Source: Candidatus Binatia bacterium
Lineage (GTDB): Bacteria; Desulfobacterota; Binatia; Bin18
Length of the DNA: 64,000 nt
Assembly: GCA_963666315.2 (NCBI GenBank)
Contig: CAXXHG010000018.1
Location: 1 to 64,000 of the forward strand
Direction: 5' to 3'
Shown: positions 37,365 to 48,008 of the stretch, one piece after another
Layout of the letters: the number at the start of each line of letters is the position of its first letter
Numbering within the stretch: position 1 is the first letter of the stretch
Notes under the pieces: generated by a model
Seen by the model: the letters and a program-made list of their open reading frames with translations, nothing else
What the model was told of the DNA's origin: nothing
Databases searched by the model: none
Position numbers and translations under genes: made by a program

Positions 37365-39647
37365 CTAGAACTCTGCTGGATCATCTGCCACACGGGATAC
37401 GCCTGAGCGTAGCGCGAGCGGGTTGACGTCCCGAATCTCGGGTCGATCAAAGGTGAAGGACTCCTCAAAGCCCCAGAAGTCGCGGTATTCACGCATCCAT
37501 TTTTTCGAGTGCGAGCTCACATCCTTGTATATCTCGAGCACGACTTGCGGCAGATCATACTTCTCGATGCGTGCGCGCTGCGCGGCGACCCACTCCCGCG
37601 TAGGCACGGCCCTGGTCTTGCGGCCTTCTCGCAGCGCTCGCCGCTTGGCCTCTGACGCCTCGACATTCACACACCACCGATTCTCGCGCTCATCACGTTC
37701 GACCACCACGCCACAGATCTTTTCGACCATCTCAGTCGTGACGATGCCGTTCTCGAGATCGTCTTCGATCCGCTTGGGATCGCGTTCCAAGGGATCACCG
37801 AATCCACCCATGCCACGGTACTGCATGAGCAGTATATCGCCATTCTTCATTGGTTTCTCGACCGTCATATTCCCGTGCGAAATCTGGACCTTGCCCTTTA
37901 AGAGGCGCGTCAGATCCGGGTTGTTGGGGTCGTCGCCTTCGCCCGTGGGCAACTCATCCTGATTCGCTATGCGTTCCTTGATGTCGGAATCGGTCATGAC
38001 GTAGACGTAATGGATCTTGCCCGGATAGCCGCCGAAAAGCCCCTGGTGGTCGAAAGCTCGAGCCTGACACAGCTCGGTAGTCACGACGAGCTGATTGGAT
38101 TTGTGCGTGAGTAGGAGCGACTGCCAGCCGTTGCCGCCCCGGTATTTACCGAAACCGTGGGCGTTGGGGAGAATATTCCGGCCTAGATAGAGCTGCGGAA
38201 AGAGCTGTTCCCAGATTTCCGCGTTGCCCATATCGGATTCCGGATTCCACAACACATATCCAAAATCGATGCCGTCCGTGATCGCCCGGGCACCGCTGCC
38301 TTGGGCCGCAAGTTCGAAGTTGGTCCCGCCGAATACCTTGCCATACTGATCCACCCCACCCGCGTCATAGCTGGGAGTCAGGGCGCCAAACAGGAAGGTC
38401 TCTTCAACAAAGCCCCGCATAAAGGTCGAGCGGGCCATCATCCGATACCAGTTGGCCCAGCCCGGCATGACCAGATTCCAGCCCAGGGAGGTCGAGGCAT
38501 ATTTGTTGTCAGGCCACACTAACGTGCCCTTCGGGAATTTCAGCTCTGTGCCCAAATAGCTGCCGTGGTTGATGCGACCGTCAAAGTTCAGGGCTTGGGA
38601 CATAGAGACGAAGAGACCGCCCTCCATGGCAGCCGGCGTTGCATTGCCCGACCAATAGCGCCACGAACCCGTCCCATCGAAATCGATCGTCATCTTGCCC
38701 GAACTGTGGACTTTCATTTCGAGCGGCAAGATGATGGTCACGTTGCCGTCGGCCAGCGGCGAGAGCCCGGCCTGGCCCTCCATATTTTGGTCAGAGGTGG
38801 TGACTTCTTTATAGATGCCGGGAACCAGGACGGTCTTGACGCGCTCGAGCTGGGTTTGGCGCGCGCCTTCAATGTATTCGTTGACGGCATGATTGTAATA
38901 ATCGATGCCGAACTCTTCAATGGTCGCCAGGATCTCATCCCGGGCTAATATCGCACCGGTCACGCGCGCCTTGGTATCCAGAATCCACAGGTCCGGCGAG
39001 CGAACGCTCCGCTCGGCGCGTACTTCGTAGTGTTTGTAGATACTGTCGTTTTCGCCTATCTTCTCGGCGCAGATGATGAGTCCTTCGGTGAAGCGCTCTG
39101 AGGCTAAGACCGGCATACTGCCCGGCGTGATCCCGCCCACTTCGAGCACATGGGTCACCATGCCCGTCCAGCCGATGAGTTCGCCCTCCCAGATAACGGG
39201 CGTCACGTCCATGACATCCGGGATATGCACGCCACCGATATAGGTGTCGTTATTCTCGAAAATGTCTCCGTGCTTGAAGCCCGGATCAGTCTCGTAATCG
39301 TGCTCGATCATCCATTTGATAAAGCGGCTCATCGTATGCACGTGGACCATGATACCACCGGAAAACACGACCGAGTCACCTTCAGGCGTATACATGCCAA
39401 CGACGGACTCGCCCACCTCACGCGTTGCGGGTGAACAGGCAACCTTCGAGCCCACCTGCTGCGAGCTGATCATAATCGACTGGAGACGAGAGAAGAGCAG
39501 CTCGTAGCGAATCACGTCTTTGTTCTTCAGCCGAAGCTCCGAAACGCCGTTATAGTGTCCGGTTGTTTCCAACAGATGCTTCGAGCGGAGCCTGCGCGCA
39601 TTCAGCGACACCGGAATGACTGAGTCTTTGAGCAGTTGTGCACACAT
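37365..39647 (-). CDS. acxB: Acetone carboxylase alpha subunit-like (hydantoinase B/oxoprolinase family)
   Basis: GIMVHVHT, HIPD, THVLEVG, WNPESDMGNAEIWE, GFGKYRGG, GGFGDPLERDP. Confidence 0.88.
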   Translation of the reverse strand: MCAQLLKDSVIPVSLNARRLRSKHLLETTGHYNGVSELRLKNKDVIRYELLFSRLQSIMISSQQVGSKVACSPATREVGESVVGMYTPEGDSVVFSGGIMVHVHTMSRFIKWMIEHDYETDPGFKHGDIFENNDTYIGGVHIPDVMDVTPVIWEGELIGWTGMVTHVLEVGGITPGSMPVLASERFTEGLIICAEKIGENDSIYKHYEVRAERSVRSPDLWILDTKARVTGAILARDEILATIEEFGIDYYNHAVNEYIEGARQTQLERVKTVLVPGIYKEVTTSDQNMEGQAGLSPLADGNVTIILPLEMKVHSSGKMTIDFDGTGSWRYWSGNATPAAMEGGLFVSMSQALNFDGRINHGSYLGTELKFPKGTLVWPDNKYASTSLGWNLVMPGWANWYRMMARSTFMRGFVEETFLFGALTPSYDAGGVDQYGKVFGGTNFELAAQGSGARAITDGIDFGYVLWNPESDMGNAEIWEQLFPQLYLGRNILPNAHGFGKYRGGNGWQSLLLTHKSNQLVVTTELCQARAFDHQGLFGGYPGKIHYVYVMTDSDIKERIANQDELPTGEGDDPNNPDLTRLLKGKVQISHGNMTVEKPMKNGDILLMQYRGMGGFGDPLERDPKRIEDDLENGIVTTEMVEKICGVVVERDERENRWCVNVEASEAKRRALREGRKTRAVPTREWVAAQRARIEKYDLPQVVLEIYKDVSSHSKKWMREYRDFWGFEESFTFDRPEIRDVNPLALRSGVSRVADDPAEF

Positions 39648-39678
39648 CGCTTGATCCCCTTTCTTGAGTTGCCCTTTT

Positions 39679-41832
39679 CTACGGGTTCTTGCGGTTCTCG
39701 CGATTCTCGAGCCAGATAAATTTGCGCTCATCTACCCGCGCTAGCCGATTGGCAGGAACGAAGAGCGTGGTTGCCGGGTGTTCGATAACTGCGAGGCCTT
39801 CGATGATATTCCCTGGCTGGAGCGTATCCATGTCAAGAATACGAGCAGTTTGCCAGCCCCCGTCGGAATAGAGCCGCCGCGTCCCCCGCTCCGCTTCCAG
39901 CGGTGGGGTCGGGCCCTGGAGCTCGTGGATGGGCAGCTCCGGCTTGCGCGTCTCAATGGAGGCCACCAGGGCCAGCTGCAAGATGGCGTACCCGGCCTTG
40001 GGATACTTTGCCGCCTTGGCGAACATCTTGGTATACAAGTCCTCAAAACTCTCGATCAAGCGGTCGACATCCTCGGCTGTCGCCGTCCACTCCCCCTCAA
40101 TCGGAACCTCCACATCATCCAACTGGCCGCCGTAGCGCACAAAGGCGATGCGCTTATAGAACACTTGTCCGAGGTCCATTTCTTCGCGCTGGAAGCTGTC
40201 GCGTGCCTCGGCTTCAAGGGTATCCCACAGCTTCGAGAGCCCGGCGGCGACCGTCTGCTTGGCCGCCTTGTCAGCGCCCCGGGGGATGCTGAACAGGCAG
40301 GAGCGCGTATAGCGGTGAGAATAGTCGGTCGTCGTGCAGCCAAAGGCGGAAAAGGCGGCGGCAAAGGGAAAGGTCACAACGCCCTGAAAGGGCAGGTTGT
40401 CGGAGACCCCGGCCAAGATCAGCGGGCCCGCGCCGCCGTACCCCATGATGATGTAATCGGCGATAGCGGCACCCCGTACGCGAATCGCGCGCTTGGTCGC
40501 CTCCTGAGCCATTTGTAGCCAGAGCTTGATGACACCGTCGGCGCACTCGTGGACTTCGAGTCCCAAGGGGTCAGCGATCTGGGCTTTGAGTTCCCGCTAC
40601 GCGGCAAGCAGATTCAGGATGATCTTGCCACCCAGGAAGTTATCTTTATTGAGATGGCCGTTAATCGCCAGGCAGTCGGTAATCGTGGGTTGGAGATTGC
40701 CACGATCGAAGCAGACCGGACCAGGGTTAGCACCGGCGCCTTCTGGTCCCATCACAATGCGATTGGTAATCGGGTCAACCGACAAATACAGCCCGGCTCC
40801 ACCCCGAATGCTGTCCAGCACGATACTCGGCAGATTGAGTCGGAAACGCGCAATTTCGGGTTCGTTGTTGAGATCGACGGTCCCATTGGTAATCAAGCCG
40901 AAGTCGTAGCTCGTCCCACCCATATCTACGGCAAGTACGTTCTTGGCACCCAGAAGCCGGGACACGAACTGGGCGCCCAAGATGCCGCCTATGGGGCCCG
41001 AGATCAGGGTCTCGTGCAGTCGAGGGTGGCGGATGTTGGCCAGCCCGCCATAGGACAGCATAGTCGTCATCTGTTTGCGGTAGCCACTCTCCTTGGCCCT
41101 ATTCTCTACATTGTGCAGCTGCTGGCGTACCGGGTCGGCCGCGTATGCCTCGATTGTGGTGGCGTTAACGCGCTGGTTTTCACGGATCACCGGCCGAACG
41201 CGTGAAGACGGATAGATCGGCAGCGTCTGAGCCTGCTGCTCCATCGCCTCCTGACAAATCGCTTCCATACGTTCCTCATTGGCCGGATTGGCGTAGGAAT
41301 GCAAAAAGCAGATGGCGATGCCTTCGATGTCTTGATCCAAGAGTTCGTCGACTGCCCGGCGGGCGTCTTTTTCATACAGGGGGATAACGATGTCGCCGAA
41401 CATATCGGTTCGCTCGGACACGCCCCGGATGCGGCGTCGGGGAACGAGAGGGTCATTGTGGACATGAGTTACGGCGTGCAGGCGGTCGGCGTAGGAATAG
41501 CCTGACCACACTTGTCGCCCTTGCTCCATCAATAAGATGTCTTCAAACCCTTTGGAGACGATCAGTCCGATGCGGCGCCCCGTTCGCGTGAGCAGCGTGT
41601 TGAGCATCGTTGTCCCGGCATAGACCAAAACCTCAAACTGAGAGAACGCCTTCTGCTGATCCAAGCCCCATTGCTCAAAGGCATCCTCGGCGGATTCCAT
41701 AAACCCCTCGGATTCATCCCAGGGGGTGGTTGGGGCTTTGCCGATAACGAAATTGCCCTCGGTGTCGACCACAAAGGTATCTGTCATCGTTCCGCCAGCG
41801 TCCATGGCCAAAGCAAGTACATTCCGCGTCAC
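39679..41832 (-). pseudogene. acxA: Acetone carboxylase beta subunit-like (hydantoinase A family) split by an in-frame amber stop
   Basis: DAGGTMTDTF, ETLISGPIGG, DMGGTSYD; ..NLLAA*RELKAQIADPLG.. with TAG at 40597; YGGAGP, AFSAFG, RYGGQLDD. Confidence 0.88.
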
Positions 41833-42139
41833 GGCGCCACCTTTCTTCCTCTATTAGTGTTTGCAGTGTTGGCAGTGTTGGCAATATTGGAGTAATAGAA
41901 AGAGCCTTCGTTGGAGTCATGCAACAAGACCTCGCTGGAATTATGCGCGTTATGGCTAGCTTGTCCTTGCCACTTCTATCGAAATGTATCCGCCCTCGTG
42001 CAGCGATTACACGATTCGGCTCCCTTAGTAAATACGCTTCATTTATGCTGGGCTGTGATTGTATGTATGCTAACGCCGATTTCATGCGGACCGTAGTGCC
42101 GTGTTTACGCTGAAATTGTGCGTTGCGTTATCGCCGCTC

Positions 42140-42212
42140 CCCTTCGACAAGCTCAGGGCGAACGGAAAAAGAGTCGCCGACCAAGACCCGTTCGTGCTGA
42201 GCCCGTCGAAGC
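42140..42212. repeat. Inverted REP pair (CCTTCGACAAGCTCAGGGCGAACGG...CCGTTCGTGCTGAGCCCGTCGAAG)
   Basis: Near-perfect inverted repeat; related to 25571-25636. Confidence 0.8.
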
Positions 42213-42297
42213 ATGAACGCGCGGACGTGCACAAATTCGATGTAGACACGGCAGTAGGTTCACCCACCCTCAGCTTGTCTGCTGAATAAACTACTCA

Positions 42298-42755
42298 ATA
42301 AGCGCCACCAGGGCCTTCGTTCTCGATACGAGCCGGGTGAGTGTCGTTGGAGACAGAAGTATTGGACGTCTCGCTCAAGCCCTTCCCGAAAGAAGGCAGC
42401 AGAATCTCCGGCGTGGGGAAGCTTACGCTCAGCGTTCGAGAGCTGACCAAGGCATTCAAGCTCGGCGGTACGCTCGCCCGGCCTGCACTCGCCATCGACA
42501 CGGTCGGAATCGCCCTGACCGTTGGGAAGGCGGCTGGAGGAACGATCCTGCTCGGACCGGTTGGCATCGCGTCATCCCTCCTGAGTAGTGACGAAGGAGA
42601 TGAGAATCGCTGCCTTGCAGCCCTTGAGACTGCCAAGACAGGCCCGCACGCGTGCGCCCCAGCAGAAGCAGGGTGTAGCCCAACATACGGCCGAGAAAAT
42701 TACCGAAGGAGTCAAAGGTCTCGGGCAAGGGCTCAAGAAGCTCTTGGGAAGATAA
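42298..42755 (+). pseudogene. C-terminal fragment of an AsmA-family protein
   Basis: FVLDTSRVSVVG/SLETEVLDVSLKP..FKLGGTLARP..GPVGI..ENRCLAAL; frameshifts; no N-terminus. Confidence 0.55.
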
Positions 42756-42795
42756 TACTGCTCCCCCTCCATTATGTCAGGCCTCATGTCCGGTG

Positions 42796-44633
42796 TTACG
42801 CGCCCGTATCAAACAGGTCAGTCGTTTCTGTCTGAAACAGCGCCCAGTCGTTCTCAATCAGATCAATCGAGGCGTTCCAGAAGTCCGCGGCTTCGAGGTC
42901 TACGCCGATACTCTTTGCCGCAATATTTTCTGCGCTATCGCTGCCGGTCAGACGGAGGAGGGCTTCATACCGAGGGAGGAATGCTGGTCCTTCTTTTTTG
43001 GCCAAGGCGAAGATGCCCATGCTGAACAAATAGCCAAACGTGTATGGAAAATTGTAGAAGCTGACATCCGTAATATAAAAATGCAGCTTGGAAGCCCAGA
43101 ACCAAGGGTCGAGTTCGTCTGGGCTAAACAGTCGCCATACCACTCTTGCTGAGCTTCTCGCATGAGTGCTTTCAAGCGACTCACGCTGAGTTCGCCTTGG
43201 GCGCGCTCCGCATAGACCACCTTCTCAAAAGAGAAACGCATCGGAATATTGTGCAAAAATACCGCCCCGTCCTGCATACGGCTGTCGAGCACCAAGGCCC
43301 GCTGTGCAGGTGTCGCTGCCGGGTTGGTGAGGACGGCGTCAGTCAGTAGCTGCTCGGCAAACGTCGAAGCGGTCTCGGCTAGGGTCAATGGATAGCGCCG
43401 TGCCCAGGGACGCATATCGCGCATCAGCCAGCCATGGAAGGCATGCCCAAGCTCGTGGGCAAACGTCGAAATATCGCCCACGGTCTCGTTATACGTCATA
43501 AAAATGCGTGACTGACGAATAATCGATGAGGTGGAACAAAACCCGCCAGGCCGTTTTCCTAGTCGAGGCGAGTAATCGATCCAGTCCTGCTCAAAGTTCA
43601 TTTCTGCAAACCGGGCCAGGTCCAGATAAAAACTCTCGAAGGCGCTGAGGACGCGCGTTCGTGCTTCTGCCCAGTTGACCCGTTCACTGGGCGCAAGCGG
43701 GAGGGATGCCATCAAATTCTGGGAGCCCAGTTTCTCTCGACCGAGCAGCTGCGCCTTACGCTGCAAATAGCGCTGGGCAACGGCTTTACGTGCCGCTGCC
43801 ACGGCCATAATGGTATCCGGCGTTTTCTGGGAAATACCCGCCTCAAACAGGGCGGGTTCGAGGAAATGCGCAATGCCGTGTCGTTTCTAAAGCGTCAGCC
43901 GCGCTCCGGCTATCGCATTCAGGCAGGCGGCCGTCACGTTACTCATCTGCTCCCAGGCACGATTCGCGCCGACCAAGGCAGCTTTGCGGACAGTCGGGCC
44001 AGCATCTCCCAGGAGACTACGCGTCATGGCTACGGGTACGTGCCGCGTTTCCTGTCCTGGAACAACCAGGTCAAATTCGAGCGTTCCGGAAACTTGGTCA
44101 TATAGACGGCCCCAAGCTGACAATCCTGTGGCGTCCAGATCCGCAGCCAGGGCTTCCAGTTCGGGTTCCATACTCCAGCTGGCGCTTTTTCTGAGGCGTC
44201 CAATAAAATAGGTCGCTGCGCTGAGCTCTGGGGCATTCAGAAGAGCTGCGAAAACTTCTTCGTCAGCTTCTTTGAGAGCAGTCCGAATCACTACAAAAAT
44301 TTTGACTAATTCCGCGCGGGCGGCTTTTGCAGCTGCGGTCTCGCGTTGAATCGTTTCGTTGCCTGCGTCCGCAGCACCCATACAGCCGAGATAGGAAGAG
44401 AGATGTCCAGTGCGGGCGGTTATCTCTTCGAGCTTTTGGAGCAGATCGATCCAGACAGGCAGCTGCCCGTGTTCAATCTTCCCCAGCGTGTATACGTGCT
44501 GGAGTAATACGCTCACGTCGGCGGCGAGTGTGTGTCAAAAGGTGCGGTAAGCACCCCCATCCATCTCGCGAAAATACGGGGACATATCCCAGTCCGGAGT
44601 ACGGTCTTCTTGGGCTGCATTCTGATCAGACAT
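42796..44633 (-). pseudogene. M3-family oligoendopeptidase F, inactivated
   Basis: PDWDMS start, TGA at 44535, TAG at 43887, GKRPGGFC, HELGH, LAETASTFAE, frameshift near 43120, WASKLHFY..FYNFPYTFG. Confidence 0.9.
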
Positions 44634-44808
44634 CGCCTGTGCTCCTTATCAACGAGATCACAACTTTATCTTGTACCACTTCCGGAAAGAATTGGCCGGG
44701 CTGACTGCAGCAGCGTACCGCTCACGTCCCGCTGCTGTTGACCGCCGCCCCTGTTTCAGACTATGAAGACGGAACTTTCCACGCAAACGACAGAAGGAGG
44801 AATCACCC

Positions 44809-45795
44809 ATGACAGACGCAGCGATAAGCACAGAAAAGCTCCTGGACATGTATCGCACCATGCAGACCATTCGTCAGTTTGAGTCCCGCGTGCGCGATAT
44901 TTTTAAAGAAGGCAAACTGCCCGGCTTCGTGCATGTCTCGATCGGAGAAGAAGCCTCGGCGACCGGCGGCGCAGCCGCACTCACGGTGAAAGACTATATT
45001 ACCAGCACGCATCGTGGTCACGGCCATTTAATTGCCAAGGGCGGCGAGGTGAAACCCATGATGGCCGAGCTGTTCGGCAAAAAGACCGGCTATTGTAAGG
45101 GCAAAGGCGGCTCGATGCATATCGCGAATTTCAGCCTCGGCATCCTGGGTGCCAACGGCATTGTGGGCGCGGGCCTGCCGCTTGCGACCGGAGCCGCGCT
45201 TGCGGCCAAAGTCCGTGGCAGCAGTGAAGTCGCCCTGTGTTTCTTTGGTGACGGCGCGTCAAACGAAGGTACATTCCACGAATCGTTGAATATTGCCTCC
45301 TCCTGGAAGCTGCCCGTTGTCTTTATGTGCGAGAACAATCTGTACGGGGAGTTTACCGCAGGCAAAGATGTCACCTCAGTCAAGGATATTGCCGATCGGG
45401 CACGAGGCCACGATATGCCCGGGGTGGTGCTGAACGGTAACGACGTTGTTGAAGTCTACGAGGCAACTTGTCAGGCGGTTGAGCGTGCGCGCAAGGGCCA
45501 GGGCCCGACTTTACTCGAATGCAAAACCTACCGCTGGGAAGGTCATGTGGTGGGGGAAGAAGCCTTTCTAGGCAAAAAGAGTTATCGACCCGCAGACGAA
45601 ATCGAGGCCTGGAAAAAGCGCTGTCCCTTGCTCACGTTTGAGCAACGTTTTGTACCCGACACCTTTAGTCAGGCGGAAATAGAGAAGGTTCAGGCCGAAG
45701 TTGCGCAGTCTATTGATGAAGCAGTGCAGTTCGCTCAAGACAGCCCATATCCCGAGCCCGAAGAGGCGTTGGAGGACATGTTCTCGGAAGCATAG
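44809..45795 (+). CDS. TPP-dependent dehydrogenase E1 alpha (acetoin/pyruvate dehydrogenase type)
   Basis: STHRGHGH, GKGGSMH, FFGDGASNEG..ENN TPP motif, TYRWEGH. Confidence 0.93.
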   Translation: MTDAAISTEKLLDMYRTMQTIRQFESRVRDIFKEGKLPGFVHVSIGEEASATGGAAALTVKDYITSTHRGHGHLIAKGGEVKPMMAELFGKKTGYCKGKGGSMHIANFSLGILGANGIVGAGLPLATGAALAAKVRGSSEVALCFFGDGASNEGTFHESLNIASSWKLPVVFMCENNLYGEFTAGKDVTSVKDIADRARGHDMPGVVLNGNDVVEVYEATCQAVERARKGQGPTLLECKTYRWEGHVVGEEAFLGKKSYRPADEIEAWKKRCPLLTFEQRFVPDTFSQAEIEKVQAEVAQSIDEAVQFAQDSPYPEPEEALEDMFSEA

Positions 45796-45804
45796 GGGGG
45801 AACC

Positions 45805-46740
45805 ATGCGTGAAATTAATTTTATCCAAGCGATTAATGAAGCACTCGCCGAGGAGCTCCGCCTTGATCCCAAGATATTTATGATAGGGATCGATATCTGG
45901 GTCGGCGCGTTCGGCGCGACAAGTGGATTGACCGACGAATTCGGCAAGGAGCGGATTCTCAACGCCCCGATTTCCGAAGCGGGCTATGCCGGCGCCGGTG
46001 TTGGCGCGGCCATGGCCGGGATGCGGCCGATTGTGGAAATTGAGTTTGCCAGCTTCTTCTACTGCTGCTGGGATCAGGTGTGTAACCAGGCGGCCAAGCT
46101 GCGTTATATGTCCGGCGGGCAGGCGGACGTTCCGATCACGTTTCGCAGTGTGTGTGGAGCGATCGGCTCTGCCGCAGCCCAGCATTCCGAGACCGTGTAC
46201 TCCCAATTTATGAGCGTACCAGGGCTGAAAATCGTTGTGCCGTCCGGCCCACGCGATATGAAGGGCTTACTCAAGAGCGCTATTCGAGACAACAACCCGG
46301 TGCTGGTCTTCGAACACCTCAAGCTGGGCCGGACTAAAGAAGAAGTACCGGATGAGGACTCCGTTATTCCCTTGGGCCAGGCCGAAGTCAAACGCGAAGG
46401 CACGGACTTGACCATTGTCGCTATCGGCTTTATGGTCTCCCAAGCCCTGAAGGCGGCCAAGTCTCTTGAACAAGACGGTATTTCTGCTGAAGTTGTTGAC
46501 CCCCGCACCCTTATTCCACTGGATGAAGAGACGATCCTGGCATCTGTCACCAAGACGCATAAGGTCCTGGTCGTGGATGAAGCGCATCTGCGCTGTGGTG
46601 CTGCGGCAGAGATTGCCGCCGTGATTGCGGATAAGGGCTTCGACAATTTGGACGCGCCCAGCGCAACCGGCCGCGTCCAGAAAGGAATTCATCGTGGCAG
46701 TAGAAGTGGTGATGCCGAAGTTCGGTCTGACAATGACTGA
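45805..46740 (+). CDS. E1 beta subunit, C-terminus apparently deleted/replaced
   Basis: PISEAG, NQAAKLRYMSGG, AAQHSE, EVVDPRTL; family similarity stops abruptly after LDAP (about 46660). Confidence 0.85.
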   Translation: MREINFIQAINEALAEELRLDPKIFMIGIDIWVGAFGATSGLTDEFGKERILNAPISEAGYAGAGVGAAMAGMRPIVEIEFASFFYCCWDQVCNQAAKLRYMSGGQADVPITFRSVCGAIGSAAAQHSETVYSQFMSVPGLKIVVPSGPRDMKGLLKSAIRDNNPVLVFEHLKLGRTKEEVPDEDSVIPLGQAEVKREGTDLTIVAIGFMVSQALKAAKSLEQDGISAEVVDPRTLIPLDEETILASVTKTHKVLVVDEAHLRCGAAAEIAAVIADKGFDNLDAPSATGRVQKGIHRGSRSGDAEVRSDND

Positions 46741-47893
46741 AGGTACGATCATGAAGTGGTTCATATCGGAAGGAGATACGATCAAGGCCGGAGAAGCGGT
46801 GTTTGAAGTCGAAACTGAAAAAGTCTTGTACGAAGTCGAAGCCGCGGCAGACGGCACGATCGCCAAGCTCCTGTATCCGCTTGAAGCGGTTGTGACAGTG
46901 GGGCTGCCGGTAGCGGTTATTGCGGAAGCGGGCGAAGATATAGCAGAGATTGCGAGCAAGTATGCAGCCGTACCAGCAGCCCGGGTGATTGCGACGGAAG
47001 CCGTGCCGGCAGCGGCTCCAGTAGCCGCTACGGCTCCAGCTGCGGAGAAGACGCGCGGCCGTGTGCCCGTGACTCCGGCTGCACGCAAGCTGGCCAAAGA
47101 ACATGCTATTGATCTGCCCGGCATAACGGGCACCGGTCCACGCGGCCGGATCACACGCGAAGATGTACAGAAAGTCATTGATACCGGTGGCCAAGCCGCT
47201 GCAGCTGCTCCCGCAGCTGAGGACATTCCGTTACGCGGAATCCGCAAAGTCATTGCCGAACGGATGCATCAAAGCCTGCAAGCTAGTGCCCAGCTCACCA
47301 TCACAACCGAAGTCGACGTCACTCAGCTCATTGATCGGCGCCAGGAAGTCCGCCAAGAGTTTAACGTCACATATACCGACTTCATCCTTCAGGCCTGTGC
47401 CCACGCCCTTAAACAGCACCGCCGCATGAATGCGGCGTTAGAGGGCACGACCATTCAGGTTCATAACCAGATCCACGTCGGCCTGGCCGTCGCGCTGGAT
47501 GAGGGTCTGATTGTGCCGGTCGTTCGCGATGCAGACAAAAAATCACTCAAAGACATTGCCGAAGCATCCAAGGCCCTGGCGGAGAAAGCGCGGGCCGGAC
47601 AGCTGAAGCTTGAGGAAGTCTCCGGCGGTACGTTTACCGTCTCCAACCTCGGCATGTTTGGTGTTGATGCCTTCACCCCAATTATCAATGCACCCCAATC
47701 CGGCATCCTGGGGGTCGGCCGTATTGTTGAAAAGCCGGTGATTTATCGGGGTGAGATCACCAAACGCTCGATGATGGTCTTGAGCCTGACGTTTGATCAC
47801 CGAGTCATAGACGGTGCGCCGGCCGGCGCTTTCCTACAAACCGTGACAGACCTGCTTGCCCACGGCAATAGGATTTCGCTGGATACGAGATAG
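46694..47893 (+). CDS. Dihydrolipoamide acyltransferase E2
   Basis: Lipoyl domain (MPKFG..EVETEK), E3-binding TPAARKLA..GTGPRGRI, catalytic DHRVIDG; GTG start. Confidence 0.95.
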   Translation: MAVEVVMPKFGLTMTEGTIMKWFISEGDTIKAGEAVFEVETEKVLYEVEAAADGTIAKLLYPLEAVVTVGLPVAVIAEAGEDIAEIASKYAAVPAARVIATEAVPAAAPVAATAPAAEKTRGRVPVTPAARKLAKEHAIDLPGITGTGPRGRITREDVQKVIDTGGQAAAAAPAAEDIPLRGIRKVIAERMHQSLQASAQLTITTEVDVTQLIDRRQEVRQEFNVTYTDFILQACAHALKQHRRMNAALEGTTIQVHNQIHVGLAVALDEGLIVPVVRDADKKSLKDIAEASKALAEKARAGQLKLEEVSGGTFTVSNLGMFGVDAFTPIINAPQSGILGVGRIVEKPVIYRGEITKRSMMVLSLTFDHRVIDGAPAGAFLQTVTDLLAHGNRISLDTR

Positions 47894-47896
47894 TTA

Positions 47897-47927
47897 CCCT
47901 ACCCGGGCGAGGTCACCTCGCCCCTAC
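47897..47927. repeat. REP-like palindrome CCCTACCCGGGCGAGGTCACCTCGCCCCTAC
   Basis: Second copy at 49511-49542; the two copies bracket sthA. Confidence 0.7.
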
Positions 47928-48008
47928 CCCTGTCCCTCTCGATTTAAACTTCCATGCTATCTGGTCGATATCTCAACTAGACAAAACTCAAGTTTTGACT
48001 AGAGAGGG

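Noticed and set aside
1922-43889. Six in-frame TAG codons inside otherwise continuous genes (fliT, activator x2, UPF0175, acxA, pepF) suggesting amber recoding or pyrrolysine
   Set aside because: The same genes or their neighbours also carry TGA/TAA stops, frameshifts and catalytic substitutions. The TAGs appear to replace different residues (probably Gln or Tyr), many intact genes end in TAG, and no pyl genes are seen.
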